64,000 nt of DNA from the human T2T-CHM13v2.0 reference genome, Homo sapiens, in NCBI RefSeq assembly GCF_009914755.1, contig NC_060946.1. One strand, written 5' to 3'. Below the pieces are notes generated by a model. It ran no database searches. It saw nothing but the letters and a program-made list of their open reading frames with translations, and was not told the DNA's origin. The translations under genes were made by a program, and so were the position numbers. This document shows positions 43,260 to 57,700 of this stretch, in pieces. Numbering within the stretch: the first letter of the stretch is position 1; each line of letters begins with the position of its first letter.

Positions 43260-45725
43260 GGGGGCCCCTGGCCCCTCCACAACCTGCGCTAGAAGAGCTG
43301 GGCCCTGGCTCTGGCACCATGCAGCCTCTGAGGTGAGGCTGAGAGCCAGTTTCTGCCCTCCTGCGGCTGGGGACCAACACCCCTGACTTAGGCGTCGTGG
43401 AGGCTTCTGGCCCAAGGGTCCGCGCTGCTGGTGGCGCTGGCAGGGTCAGAATTTGCCACAGCTGCTGCTGCGCGCCTTGTGCAGGTTACCACTGCAGCTG
43501 AATCTACAGCAGAGGCAGGCAGGGCTGGTCCCAGACAGCCTGGGGGTCGCTGAGTGGACGGCCCTTTCACCCTAGAGTCAGCTCTTTCTTGTAGGTGCCC
43601 AGATCAGGGTGTGCAGGGGCTGGGCACAGGGCAGCCGCCAGGAAATGGCTGAGCTGCCGGTTCCCGCCCTCCTGAAGCTGGGGCCGGACCACCTGAATTG
43701 GCCGCTGGGCGGCGCCTGGCCCTGGAGTCTGCCTGGCTGGCGTGAAAGCGTGGTCTGGGGTTGCCATCAAGGCTGCTCCCCCGCCATGTGCAGGTGGCTG
43801 CTGCAGCTGAGCCCATGACGGAGGCTGGCAAGGCGTTTCCCAGGCAGCCTCAGGGTCATTGAGTGGACCACTATCCCACCCTAGGGTCCGCTGTTCCTTT
43901 GCCTGAGCCCAGAGTTCCGGGTCGCGGGCACTGGGAACTGTGCAGCCAAGGAGACTGGGCCGAGGGCAAAGGTTTCTGCCCTGCTGCAGCTGCGGGGCTG
44001 ACTGCCTGAATTAGGCGCTGAGGCTGCGTTGTCCCCGGTGTCAGGGCTCTGGTGCAGGCAAAGTGCCGGGTTGCTCTGCTGCTGTCGTGCCCTTGTACAG
44101 GTGGCAGCTGCAGCTGAGCTCTCAGTAGAGGTCGGCAGGGTTGGTCCCAGAAAGCCTGAGGATCGCGGTGTGCACCACCCTCCCAGCCTAGGGTGCACTC
44201 TTCCTTGGCACGCGCCCAGAGCTCGGGGTTTCGGGCGCTGGGCCCTGTGCAGCTGCCCAGAATAGGCTGTGCGGCTGGTTCCCGCCCTGGCAAGGCATCC
44301 AGCCATGGAATCTGCACTGCTGTTGGGGGCAGGCAAGGTCGGGGGATGGGGGTGTGGTTTCCACCATTGCTAACGGGCGCCACCTGGCGATGGTAGCTGC
44401 AGCTGAGAGCATGGCAGAGGCTGGCAGGGCTGGTCCCAGACACCCTGAGGGTCGCTGAGTGCACCGCCCTACCACCCTAGAGTCTCCTGTTCCTTCGACT
44501 GCTCCCAGGACGTGGTGTGCGAGCGCTAGACACTGAGCAGCCTCCAGGATGGGGCTGAGCGGCCGATTCCCGCCTTGCCGCAGCTACAGTCTGAATTAGG
44601 CGCCACCGCATTATCTGGCCGTGGGGTTCGTGCTACTGGTGGCATGGACAGAGATGGGGGCTGCCACAGCTGCTATGGGGCTGAGCAGCCGATTCCCGCC
44701 CTCTTGCAGCTATGGGACCGGCCACCTGACTTAGGTGCCTTTGAGGCGTCCGGCCCTGGGGTCTTTGCTGCTTGTGTCTGAGGGCAGGGTCAGGGCTGCC
44801 ACTGCTACTGCCGTGCACCATGCACAGGCGCCAGCTGCAGCTGAGCCCAAGGCAGATGCTGGCAGGGCTGGCCTGAGGCTGCCCAAGGGTGGGTGAGTGC
44901 ACCGCCTTTCCACCCTAGGGTCCGTTATTCCTAGACCAGCGCCCAGATTGCGGGGTCGTGGGCGTTGGACACTGTGCAGCCATGAGGATCTGGTTGGGTG
45001 CAGATTCCCGCCCTCCTGCGGCTGAGAGGCCAACCTCCTAACACGCGCTGCAGTGACTTCTGGCTCTACAGTCTGCGCTCCTGCTGGAGCTGGCAGAGAC
45101 CAGAGCTGCCACCGCTGCTGCTTCCAGGAGTGTGCAGGTGGCAGCTGCCGCTGAGCCCGCGGCGGAGGATGGCAGGGCTTGTTCCAGAAGGCTTGAGGGT
45201 CCCCGAGTGCACCGCCCTCCCACCGTAAGGTCCAGTCTTCCTCGTCCGCGCCCAGAGAGTGGGATTACAGGCGCTGAGCACAGTGCAAGCGCTGGGATGG
45301 GGCTGAGCTGCAGGTTTCCTCCCTCTGGCTGCTGGGGGGCCGACCGTCTGAGTTAGGGGACGCGGCGGCTTTTGGTCATGGGGTCTGCACTGCCGGTGGC
45401 TTGCACAGGGTCGGGGGCTGCCACAGCTGCTATAGTTCACCGTGTGCACGTGGCAGCCGTCTCTGAGTCCACCGCTGAGGCTGCAGGGCTGGCCCGGTCC
45501 CAGACGGCCTGAGGGTCATTTGCCCGCGCCCAGAGCACCGGGTGGCGGGAGCTGGGCACTGTGCAGCCTCCAGGAATCCGCTGAAGGGCGGGTTGCAGCT
45601 CTCCTGCAGCTGTGGGCCGACTGCCTGACTTTGGCCACTAGGTGGCCTCTGGCTCTAGGGTTTCGGGGCCGCTGGTGTCGGCGGGCAGAGTCCGGGTTTG
45701 CCACCGCTGCCCACAGGCTCACCAT
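43260..45725. repeat. GC/CpG-rich diverged tandem repeat, ~308-bp unit, ~8 copies
   Basis: GTGCAGGTGGCAGCTGCAGCTGAG-like anchor at ~43480, 43788, 44095, 44389, 44823, 45132 and 45444. CCACCCTAGGGTCC-like anchor at ~43567, 43877, 44185, 44473, 44911 and 45220. Confidence 0.9.
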
Positions 45726-45987
45726 GGCCTGACTAAATGCTCGCACTGCTCATACATCCACTTTTAAAAATTGGGTTGAACATGAGAACATAATCATTCA
45801 TATTTTATCCATTTGCATGTATTCAATACCATCCTTTCGCTGTTCTTGTCTCTGCAGCCTTTTTCTTTAAAGAATGAATGTTTCCATGTTTTATATCCAC
45901 AGAATTTCTGGTTTTTCCTGTTGGAGCCCAAGGAGCAAGGGCAGAATGAAGAACATGATGTTTCCTACCGACAGTTACTCATGACGT

Positions 45988-46090
45988 CTCCATCCAGGAC
46001 TGAGGGGGGCATCCTTCTCCATCTAGGACTGGGGGCATCCTTCTCCATCCAGTATTGGGGGTCATCCTCCTCCATCCAGGACCTGAGGGG
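45988..46090. repeat. ~26-bp mini tandem repeat, 3-4 copies (GGGGGCATCCTTCTCCATCCAGGACT)
   Basis: Directly visible. Confidence 0.75.
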
Positions 46091-46804
46091 TGTCCTTTTC
46101 TGCGCTTCCTTGGATGGCAGTCTTTCCCTTCATGTTTATAGTGACTTACCATTAAATCACTGTGCCGTTTTTTCCTAAAATATATGGGGCGTGTTTTTTG
46201 TTCTCACTTCTGTTAGTCCTTTGGTCCCTAGCTCCAGTTTTTTTGTAATTTCTTTTGCAACCTAATATGAGTCCCATTTAGTAAGTATTACATATACTAG
46301 GAAATGATGTATATTCAGCATTTGTTGTGATTTTAAAATCTTTTATAAACACATAACATTTTTGTCTATTTCCCATTTAAATTCAGAAGTATGAGTTCCA
46401 GCGTCCCTCTCTAGACCTGCTCTTCCTGTTAGTTTCTTTGTATGTCCTGGAGGCGAGGCCAGCGTTGGACTTGACGTTGCTTCACCTACTCGGTTCTATG
46501 GTCCCTCCATGTGCAGTGTCTATCCTGTTGTTCATTATTTCTTCCTTAAATTTTATTTGAACTAAAATTAATTTTGTGGTAGCAGCTTGCTTTCTGTGAA
46601 TATTTACTTAAAATTTTTATTCCCATTGTTTTTCTTTCTTTAATTTGCAAGTGCTGCTTTGTTACTGATATTTTGTATTTTAATATATGAGGTTAATCCT
46701 TCTATGTTTGGTAGGAAAAAGTGATATATTTGAACTTATTTCTAGCATTTGATTTTGGATTTTGTATCCCAAAGCTTTATCCTCAATTCTCTTTTCTTTT
46801 CTTC

Positions 46805-47097
46805 AGATTTCTTTTCTTTTCTTTTTTTGGGGGGGTGGGGGATGGAGTTTTGCTCTTATTGCCTAGGCTGGAGTGCAATGGGGTGATCTCGGCTCACCAC
46901 AACCTCTGCCTCTCAGGTTCACGCGATTCTTCTGCCATAGCCTCCGAGTAGCTGGGATTACAAGCATGTGCCGCCACACCTGGCTAATTTTGTATTTTTG
47001 GTACAGACAGAATTTCTCGAACTCCTGACCTCAGGTGATCCACCCACCTTGGTCTCCCAAAGTGCTGGGATTACAGGCATAAGCCACCGCGCCCGGA
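46805..47097 (-). mobile_element. AluS-like SINE with an internal deletion
   Basis: GGAGTTTTGCTCTTATTGCCTAGGCTGGAGTGCAATGG. The left arm lacks the CACCATGTTGGCCAGGCTGG segment. Confidence 0.9.
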
Positions 47098-47249
47098 CTT
47101 CCAGATTTATTTTCAATCAGCATTTCATTTTCCACTTCCTTCCTATGCTGGCTTTTAGGTTTTCCAGGCTATTTACCTTTAGTGTCAAAAATTATTTTGG
47201 GAACTTTTGAGTTGTCAACCAATATTGTAAGCATATTGGATATTGCTGT

Positions 47250-48260
47250 TTTTCTCCCAGTGCTCTGGTTATAATCTCTCCTATTAATACCTTGTAGCCT
47301 TATTGTCGTAGTTATTTTTTTCTATTAATTTCTGAGATATAAGAATTAGAATTGTCAAATTGTGGATTTATGCATTTATCCTTTTAATTCAATAACTTTT
47401 GCTTCGTGTATTTTGTTATTTTTCTTAGGTGCATACATGCTTATGCTTATTAGGTTTTCTAAGCAAATGGACTTATTGCATAAAACATCCTTCTTTATCC
47501 CTGTTGATGCTTGTCTTTCTTGTAGTCTGTCTTATCTGCCATTAATACACTGGCTGCAGTTTTTGATAACAAAGATTTGCATGGTGTATATTTGTCCATC
47601 TTTTCAGTTTGAATCTGTTTGTATCTTTACCTCATAAGTGTATATCGTTTTAAAAGCTGATATTGAGGTTTCCTTTTTACCTACTTTGACAGTCTCTGTT
47701 CTGCCTTCCTGGTCTTCTTCTGGATTATTGTAGTTTTCATTTGTTTGTTTGTTTGTTTTATGGGGTTTTCTTTTTTTTTTAGTATGGATTTTGTATATTG
47801 TATTTTTCTTAACTATGACTCTTTGTTTCATTTATTTATTTTTAGTGAGTTCTTTAGAAATTAAAATAAAAATACTTAAAGTATATTAAATATCATAACA
47901 CTGTATATAAAATATAAAAACCTTACCTTACCCTCCTCCCTTCTCTCATCTTTTGTGCCATGTTGTCATAGATTTTTCTTCTGCACATGTTGTAATTCCT
48001 GGAGGATGTCATTAAAACAGCAGTTTCCCCTCCAGATGTTTACTATTTTTGGCACACTTTCATCTTTTCTGAGAACTAGAATTTCCAATTGTTATCATTT
48101 TTCTTCAAGCTGAACAGCTTTCTTTTGCATTTATTGTGGTTTGGGTGTGATGGCAACACATTCTCTCAGACTTTCTTTAATTGAAAATGTACTTTTCTCA
48201 ACTTCAGTTCTGAATGCTGCTTCAGCAGGTTCAGAATTCTAGGGACACCTTCGACTTTGA
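47250..48260 (-). mobile_element. Ancient L1M fragments
   Basis: T-rich degenerate L1 ORF2-like sequence. Confidence 0.5.
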
Positions 48261-51188
48261 ACAGCATGAAGTCTCTGCTCAGCAGTGCTCTAGTCACCAT
48301 CTAACATATTATTATATCCAGTTGTGTCAAATCTGTCATCGGCCATAGAACCCTTTAACAGGTGCTTCTTGTTGCTTCAGTTCTAAGTATTTCATAGTCT
48401 TCAGAGATATGGAGAAGTAGCAGTGCTAGTAACACTACCAGTAAAACCAGGATAAGCCCTAAAATAATTAAGCCATCGCATGCACACACATGAACGTTTG
48501 ACTTCAGCTAAAATGCTTTCAAGTGTACTATTTTATCTTTACACAAGGTTATAATACAAATTAAAATTTTAAAAATATTTCCACTTTATATATGTGAAAA
48601 CTGCAGCTCAAAGAATTTAAAAGACATGATTGAAATCCCATAACTAGGTAAAGATGGTCAAGTCTGGAGCCCACATGTCTCGGTCCCCCCACACCCTGTT
48701 ACGGAGAGTGCGAGGCTTCACCAGGAAGCTCTTTTGGCTCAAGGATTAGCTCTGGGGAAGTGCAGCAGGCAGGCCTGCTTTGCATCCTTTTACCAGCAGA
48801 AATCCTACATTTGTTTCAAGTTTCTAGTTCTTTTTGTTTTGTTTTGTTTCTTACCAGCATGGCTCTGGGAGTTATTTACACAATTTAATTTTAAAAGAGA
48901 CAGTCCCCATCACTAAGGTTCCTTGGAAACTTATCATGCAAAAAAAATAATAATAATAAATGCTGGTAGATGGGAAACTTCTGCAAAATTGTTTTTTATA
49001 TATATAATTGTAACTAAATAAATATGTGTATTATAGTAATAATTTATTACTGTAATTTTCTTGCCAGATTTGAAGGCAATTTTTTAAAGCTCTCCACATG
49101 TGGTTTACTGTGGACCAAACACTGGCAGCTTCAGGCTTACAATCTGCTGACAAACCCTTCTTAGTTCCTTCAATTGAAGAATGTGAGCAAGCACTGCTCA
49201 TGTGCCTGGCAAGCACGCAAACCACTCAGGAGAAGGACAGTGGCCACTCAGGTCATCAGGTGAACTTGTGACGGGGCCATCAAGAGGCTGCACGTGAGCT
49301 CCAGAAAATGAAATTCCCACTATCAACCTATTTTCCATTTCCGCCCAATGCCCCGCCCCTGCTCCAAATCAAGGTCTCCGCCTCTTAGAAATGCTTGATT
49401 TTCAGTATTGCTAAACAGGGATTGAAGAAAACAAACTGAACAAAGAAACAAATAAAGCCTTTAACACAGTGAGCAAAGACACAGCACCTACGCCTTCCCC
49501 GGGCCCCGCAACAGCTCCAGAGCTGCACAGCTGCTCCCAGAGCCTGAGCATGGACCTGAGCTCTGGCTCATGGATCTCACCAATGCATTTCTTCCCTCTG
49601 TGTCAAAAAAGCATCCAGAAATTGGATTCATTTACTTGGGACATAAAATAATGTATACCTACAGTTTTGTCCCAGAACTGTGTAAACCAGCATGCTGTCT
49701 GCCATAATACAGTCCTCCCCCTGCATCAGGAGCACAGATGGGGGAAACCGGCAGGGCTGGAGGCCTGGGAGTCACAGGTGCTTGGAGGGGAGAGAAAAGC
49801 ACCACAGAGAGCCAGGCCCTGCCTACAAATCCCATTTTTAGGGGTCTAGTGGTCTGTGCAGGCTGGGAGATGATCTCTAAAGGAAAGGCAAGAAATATTG
49901 CCCCACATCTCCCACCACCAAACAGAAAGTGCAGGTGGTCAGCCCCAGGGCTCACCTGCCCTTTGCCAGGGTCATGAGCTAGGCCCAGGCTGCGCGCTCC
50001 ACAAAACCATCAAGGGGACGACTGCCTGCCAGGCTGGGACAACTGCACCAGGCCCTGACATCCTGGGAAGAACAGGGTTGCATTTAACAGAAACAACTAA
50101 ACCTGCAGGGATGAGCTTGCCTTTCCCCGGGGCCACGGGATGGTTTATAGAAAGTTCTGCCCATCAGGACGAGACCTCACATGACACCATCAGAGGAACT
50201 GATACCATGCCACAGAGGGAGGAAGACGGCACATGCCATAGGTCCGCTGGTCACAGCACACACACGCTCCTGGGAACTTCAGAGCCAGCAGTGTGGCTCA
50301 GGTGCCAGGTCAGGATGTGGGAGGACACAGTGTCTGGGTGAATCTGTCACCTTTGCTAGCTGCCTGGTCCCACCAGGTAGAAGATGTGGCAATGGGAGCA
50401 CAGCAGTAGGAAGCCCAGTGTCCCCCAACCTTCCACCTCACACCCAGGACCTCTGAGGTGCATCTATGTCCTGCACATCTAGGCTCTGAAAAGCAGGAGG
50501 TCCTGGTTTCCACAGCTGTGGGGCTTCTAGACAGGACAGAGCCAGGTTCTCTAAAAAAAACAAGCTCTGGGTGCTGCTTTGTTCTCAGGCTGCTCCTCCA
50601 TGGGACCTGCGGGCAGAAAGATGTGTACCACCTGGACCATGGTGTCAGCAGGAGCAGGGCTGTGCTGCCTGGGGAAGAAGGGGCTCTACGCAAGCGCCTC
50701 TCAGTACACAGCATTTGATGGTACCTGGACAAGTGCGGGAGCCCTAGACCAAGGACTCAGTGGTGAGCAAGACTCAGGACCCCTTAGGGGCGAGGGCCTG
50801 GGTTACACCACCAGGGGGTCACCTGGACCCTCAGCAGAAGGTGAAGGGGTGATCATTACCTTTGCGACCCTGAAATGGGTGGCAGCCACAGGACACAGGG
50901 TTCATTGAACCCACCTTGTGTAACTATTGCCCAGGAAAAGGCCCAGAATTTAATAAAGACAAGGCCCCTGGCAGTGCAGTGTTGGATGGGGTGCACCCCC
51001 TGGGGAACCCCTGACCCTCCCCCAGGGCCTTGGCTCTGAGCTTTGATTATAGACACACGTATGCCATGGCCCCTTCAGACTGCTCCCTTCACCTTTGAAA
51101 AACCAGACAGGATGCTTCTGTTCCTGGAAACATGAATGCCCTTCATGTGGTTTTTTCTTTGACTAGAAACTCAACCTCAACCAAAATA

Positions 51189-52176
<988 letters not shown>

Positions 52177-52179
52177 TCC

Positions 52180-53230
52180 CTGGGAATGGGCGGCCTGGGT
52201 CCAGTCCACAGGGCCCCTCGCGGGCCCTGACGCAGGATGGAGTTGAGGTGGGGGCAGCGCTGGACCCCAGGGCCCCTGCCTGCCTCCTGGGGAGCCCGGT
52301 GACCCAGGCAGCCCTGGTGAGGCTGTGGGTGTCTGGGCCATAGCGAGGCCCCCGGGCTCCCACAGGACAGATGCGGACAGTGAGGCCGGGGAGGCCCTGC
52401 TGCCCTCCGGACTGTCCCTCCAGCCCCCAGCTTTCTGTGGTTCTCTGGACCCCCTCTGCAGAGGGGCAGGGGAGCACACCCTGGATCCTGAGACGCCAAG
52501 CTTGAGGAACCCCAGAGCTCTAGCGAGGCTGCTTCCTTTGCGGATGGTGAAACTGAGGTCCAGAGGAGGGCAGGGGCAGGTCCCGGGTGCTCCCTAGGCA
52601 AAGGGAGCCGATCTCGGGGAGGGGGTCACAGGGAGCGTCCCTGCGACTTCTAGGGCCCGAAAGCTGGGGAGGATGAGAGACCAGGGGTCTTTCGTCGCCC
52701 CCTGGGGCTGGGCAGAGGCTCAGCCTGTGTTGCCACCCAAAGCTGCTTCTGGCAAGTCCGAGCCGCGTCCCTTTAAGAGGGGGTGGAGCTTCAACCTGGC
52801 ACGAGGGATGCTGCCAGCGTGCGTGTCCCTACGGAAGCTGAGACTGCACTTCCTGCGAGGCCCCTGCAGCAGCAGCGGCGTGGTCAGAGCGAGCTTCGGA
52901 GAAGCAGTGGTGGGTTCCATGTGATGGTGGAGTAGGAGGCAGGTCTCCGCGGTAAGTGGCGGGGGCGTGGACCCCACCGGGAACCCTCCCGGCTCCTTCC
53001 CTGCCTCTCCCTGTTTTCGTGCTTTCACTTCTTCGTGGGCATCTGGGCCCGAGTCCTCCGCGTGGGGGCGGTTGTGGGGTCCTGGCTACTGCAGCGTCCG
53101 CACCCCGGCCGGGAAGGCTATGCCAATGTCCGACCCGCGTCCAGCGTATAGGAGCGCCCTGGCCCAGAGCTGGCGGTGAAACGCCGGACCTGGGTCCCTC
53201 CGAGCCTCAGGGGCCTCTGAGCTGGAGTCT
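52180..53230 (+). promoter_or_regulatory. CpG island / probable promoter of the plus-strand lncRNA
   Basis: High GC and CpG density, ETS-type CGGAAG (~52832) and ACTTCCTG (52848) motifs, and a strong donor CCGCG|GTAAGT at 52951/52952. Confidence 0.75.
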
Positions 53231-53419
53231 AGGATTATTTTTGATGCCTCAGCACCTTTAAAAAGAGACCTCGCTAGAGCAGGGGACATCTGTAGTTTCA
53301 GTTCTTTGAGGAGTCTCCAGCTATTTAGCTGTTTTCCATGGTGTGTATCCTAATTTTCATTTCCACCTACAGTGTATGAGTTTCCCTTTCTCCAAAACCA
53401 CACCCGCATTCCTATTATT

Positions 53420-53728
53420 TTTGGTTTGGGGTTTGTTTTGTTTTTGTTTTGAGACGGAGTCTTGCTCTGTCTTCCAGGCTGGAGTGCAGTGGCGCCATCT
53501 CGGCAGACTGCAGCCTCTGCCTGGTTTTAAACAAGTCTCCTGTCTCGGCCTCCGGAGTAGCTGGGACTACAGGGGCCGCCACCATGCCCAGCTAATTTTT
53601 GTATTTGTAGTAGAGATGGGGTTTCACGATATTGGTCAGGCTGGTCTCAAACTCCTGACCTCAGGTGATCCACCTGCCTCGGCCTCGCAAAGTGCAGAGA
53701 TTACAGGCATGAGACACCATTCCCAGCC
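53420..53728 (-). mobile_element. AluS-like SINE
   Basis: Full antisense dimer with (TTTTG)n tail. Confidence 0.93.
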
Positions 53729-54758
53729 CCTCTTATTTTTTTTATAAAAAATCTAGGAATATTCAATAAGTGTGAGATTATCTGTGTGTGGTTTTGAATT
53801 ACAGTTTTCTAATGAATAGTTTATTTTGAGGACCTTATCTCTTATTTGTTGTTCGATTTTATGGCTGTGCAGAATTGTCCGTTCAGGTTCTTTGCAAAAT
53901 ATTAGATTGGATGCTTTTGCTACTTTGTAGTGTTTTTTGTGTACATGTTAGATGACAACTCCTCGTGAATTACATGATTGCCTGAAATTTTTGCCTAATC
54001 TATAGGATGTTTTTTAATTTGGAAAGTAGTTTTCTTTGATGTGCAGAAACTTTTCATGTTGACATAGTCCCATATATTTATTTTTGCGTTTCATGCATGT
54101 AATTTTTGTCACCCATATAAGAAAATATATATCAGTGACAAAGCATTTAATTGTTAATGAGGTTTTTCTTCTAGGGTGTTTGTTTATTTTCCTCTTTGCA
54201 GAGGTGAGCAGAGATTCAAGTGACCCAAAATATATGCTCATCCTGTGTTTTAGTTAAAAACATTTTGTGGTTTATGGTCTTTTGTTTTGCCTTCAATTTG
54301 GGGGAGGGGGTGTTCATTTTCATACATCGTGTAAAATAAGGTCCTATTTCTCACTTCTGCATCTGAATATCATTTTTCTCAAAGGTACTCATTCTCTGCC
54401 TTCCACATTGCAGTGTTCTTTATCAAAGTCAGTTGACTGTGTCCATATTTGTGTTGATCATGTTTTTGTTCTCCCTGTTTTTGTCCATAGTTTATGCAAG
54501 TATCATATATCAGCTGTATAACTACAACTTGGCAGTGTAATTTGATATTGAGGATTGTGGGTCTTCACTTTGTATTTCTGAGGATTCCTTTAGATATTCA
54601 TTGCTTTTGTGGTTCCCTGTGATTTTTAGCAATACCTATTTATTTCTATTAACTTTTTTTCACAACATAAAGGTCCATAATTAGGGGTACATTTTCATAC
54701 ATATAGGTTGGGTAATGATCAAATCAGGGTACTTAGGATCTCTATTTGCTCGTCCAGG

Positions 54759-54792
<34 letters not shown>

Positions 54793-57700
54793 TGGGGAGA
54801 ACATTCAAAATTCTCCCTTCTTGCTCTAGAAAAATATGATATTGTTTACTCCAGTCACCAGGCTGAGGAGGAGAACTTCAGATTTATTCCTTTAATGTTA
54901 AGATAACTTTGTTTCCATAATCAATCCTTCCCCATTCCCCCTCTATCTCCCAAACTCTGGTAACCAATATTGTGCTTTCTACTTCATTAAGATAAACATC
55001 TTAAGATTTCACGAGTGGTATCATGCAGTGTTTGTCTTCTAGGCCTAGCTCATTACATTTAACATAATGTGTTCCAGGTTCATCTGTGTTGCTCTAAATG
55101 ACACTGCTTCATTATTTTGATGGCTGGAGAATATTTCCTAGTGTATGTATATGAGAGTTTCTTGATCTCTTTATCTGTGGATGAACAGGTAGGTTGAATT
55201 TATACCCAGTAATGGGACTGCTAGATGATATGGTATTTCTTTTTTTCCTATTCTTTGCAAGACCTCCAACTGTTTTTTATAGTGTTAATACTAATTTATG
55301 TTTCCACAAACAGTTCCCCTTTCTGGAAATTCATACCAGGAATTGTCTTTTTAAATATTTTGATCTTTTTGTAATGTTCATTCTATTGGAGTGAGATAAG
55401 ATCTGAGTGTGGTTTTGATCTGCATTTTTCTCATGAGTAGTAATGTTAACCACGTTTTTGTAGACATTGGGTCAGTTTCCTGTCTTCTTTAGAAAAATAT
55501 CTAATCCGGTTATTTGCCCAGTTTTTGTCTGGCAATTGTTCTGTTGTTTTGTTTTTTTTTTTTTTTTTTTTTTTTGCCAGCTGGTAGTATGACTCGCTTG
55601 TACCTTTTCAAAAATAATCCCTTATCCCAAACTTGTAATTTTTAGTGTGCCTTTTTATTTTCTTTATTGTTTCCTTTGTTGGGCACAAACGCTTCAGCTT
55701 GACGTGGTCCCACATGTGCATAATTTCTTGGTGGCTGTGCTGTTGGTTACTAATCAAGAAAAAACAAAATCACAAATCACTACCAAAGCAGTTCATTGTC
55801 AATAATTTTTTTCCCTTGTATTTTTGTTTACTTTTTGCGAACCCTGAGCATACATCCAAGTTGCCCTAAATATACGCACACCTGAGGTTGTCTTTATAGG
55901 AGCTTTATGGTTGCAAGTTTTGTGTATAATCTTTAATCATTTTGAGTTGATTATTGTGTATCTAGTACCATAAGAGTCCTGTATTATTCTTTTGCATATG
56001 GATATCTAGTTTTGGAAATCTTCCCCGTTGTGTCATTTTGGTGGTGTTTTGAAAAATGTGTTCATTCCATATAAATTTTTGTTTATTATTGAGCACATTC
56101 ATTTTGCTCACTGGTCTGTGTTTCCCTGTGTACGCCAGTAACATATGGGTTTGTTAACTACAGATTTTCATTTAATTAGAACTCAGGGAATGTGACACAT
56201 CCCATATGGTTTGTATTTCTCAGAATAACTTTGGAAATTCAGGGTGTTTCACATTTCCACATAAATTTTGGCATTGTTTCTTTATATTTCTTAAAACACT
56301 ATTTGTCATATACTAAATGTATACAATTAAAAGGTACAAGGAAGATTTTGATACGTGTATATGTTGAGTAATGATAAAATCAGGTTATTTAGCATCTCTT
56401 TATCTCATATAGTTATTATTTTTGAGTGGTAACAACATTCAGAATCTTTCCTTCTAGCTACTTTGAAACATATGGTACATTTGTGTTAAGGCTAGTCACC
56501 CTGCTGTGGAATAGAAGGCCAGAATTGATCAGTCTCATCTGAGAGTAACTTTGTACCCATCACTGATTCCTTCTGAGACTGCCTCCACTTCCCCAGCAGC
56601 CTCTGGTAAGCCTTATTGAACTTTCCACTTCTAGAAGATAAAGCTTTCTTCAGTCTGCATGCCTGAGATCACGTGGCATGGGACTTTCTCTACCAGCCTT
56701 ATTCTTTGAACCTCATGTTCTTCAGGTTTCTTCATGTGGCTGCAGATGGCAGGATTTCCCAAAGGTTTCTGGCTGAAACATATTCCGTGGTGTATCTGTA
56801 CAGCAGTTTCCTCATCCCTGCAGCTGTGTTTGAACAGGTAGGTTGGTTCTCTACCTTGGCCACAGTTAAGAGTGCTTTAGTACCCGTGGGAAGGCAGATA
56901 GCTCTCTTCAACCTAGGGACTTCAACTGCTTTAAATGTGGAACCAGTGGTGGGGCTGTTAGCTGACATGGTAGTTGTACTGTGAATTTTTTCAGAAACCT
57001 CTAGCTGTTTTTTATAGTGTGTATACTAATTTACATCCTCACCAATAGTGTTTAAGAGGTTACCTTTCTGTAAGTCTACACTGGATGTCACCTTCAAAAA
57101 TTTGTGTTTTGTTTTTGGTAGTACTCATTCTGAGTGGAATGAGACGGAATCTTAGTGTGGTTTTCATGGACATTTTTTTGTGAGGTTTAGTGATGTCGAG
57201 AAAGTTATTTGAGAAATCCCCACATTGCTTTCCATGGTGTCCGAACTAGTTTGCATTTCCACCAACAGCAGACCAGCATCCCTCCTCCTCTGCCTTGCTG
57301 GTGTTCATTCTTGTGGACTGTGTCATAATTGTCATTCATCAGAATGTGTGAAATACTATCTCATGGGCCTTTAGCTTTGCATTTCTCTGATGATTCCTGA
57401 GGTAAAGCAATGATATCTTGTCTGTTGGTTGCTGTAAACCTTCTTTTGAGATGCATGTTTTCATGCCCCTTACCCTTTCTTCATTGAGTTTTTGTTTTTC
57501 TGATTTATTTGCTTAATGTATTTGAGGTAGATCCTGGATATTAGACTTCATCAGATGCGTATGTGGGAACATTTTCTCCCATTGTGTAGGCTGTCTGTTT
57601 ACTGTGTTGGTAATTGCTTCTGCTGTGCAGCAGCTCTTTTGTATATTAGGCCCCACTTGTCAATAATTGTTTTAGTTGCACTTGCTTTTGGGGACTTAGG

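Noticed and set aside
43260-45725. Assignment to ACRO1, gamma satellite or TAR1
   Set aside because: The ~308-bp period and motifs do not fit what I recall of those families (147 bp, ~220 bp, subtelomeric 29/37 bp), so it is left unnamed.
49650-51150. GC-rich unique segment with several 80-147-aa ORFs and splice-like sites
   Set aside because: No recognisable protein. It is probably a duplicated intronic or exonic fragment of another locus, and I cannot support a call.
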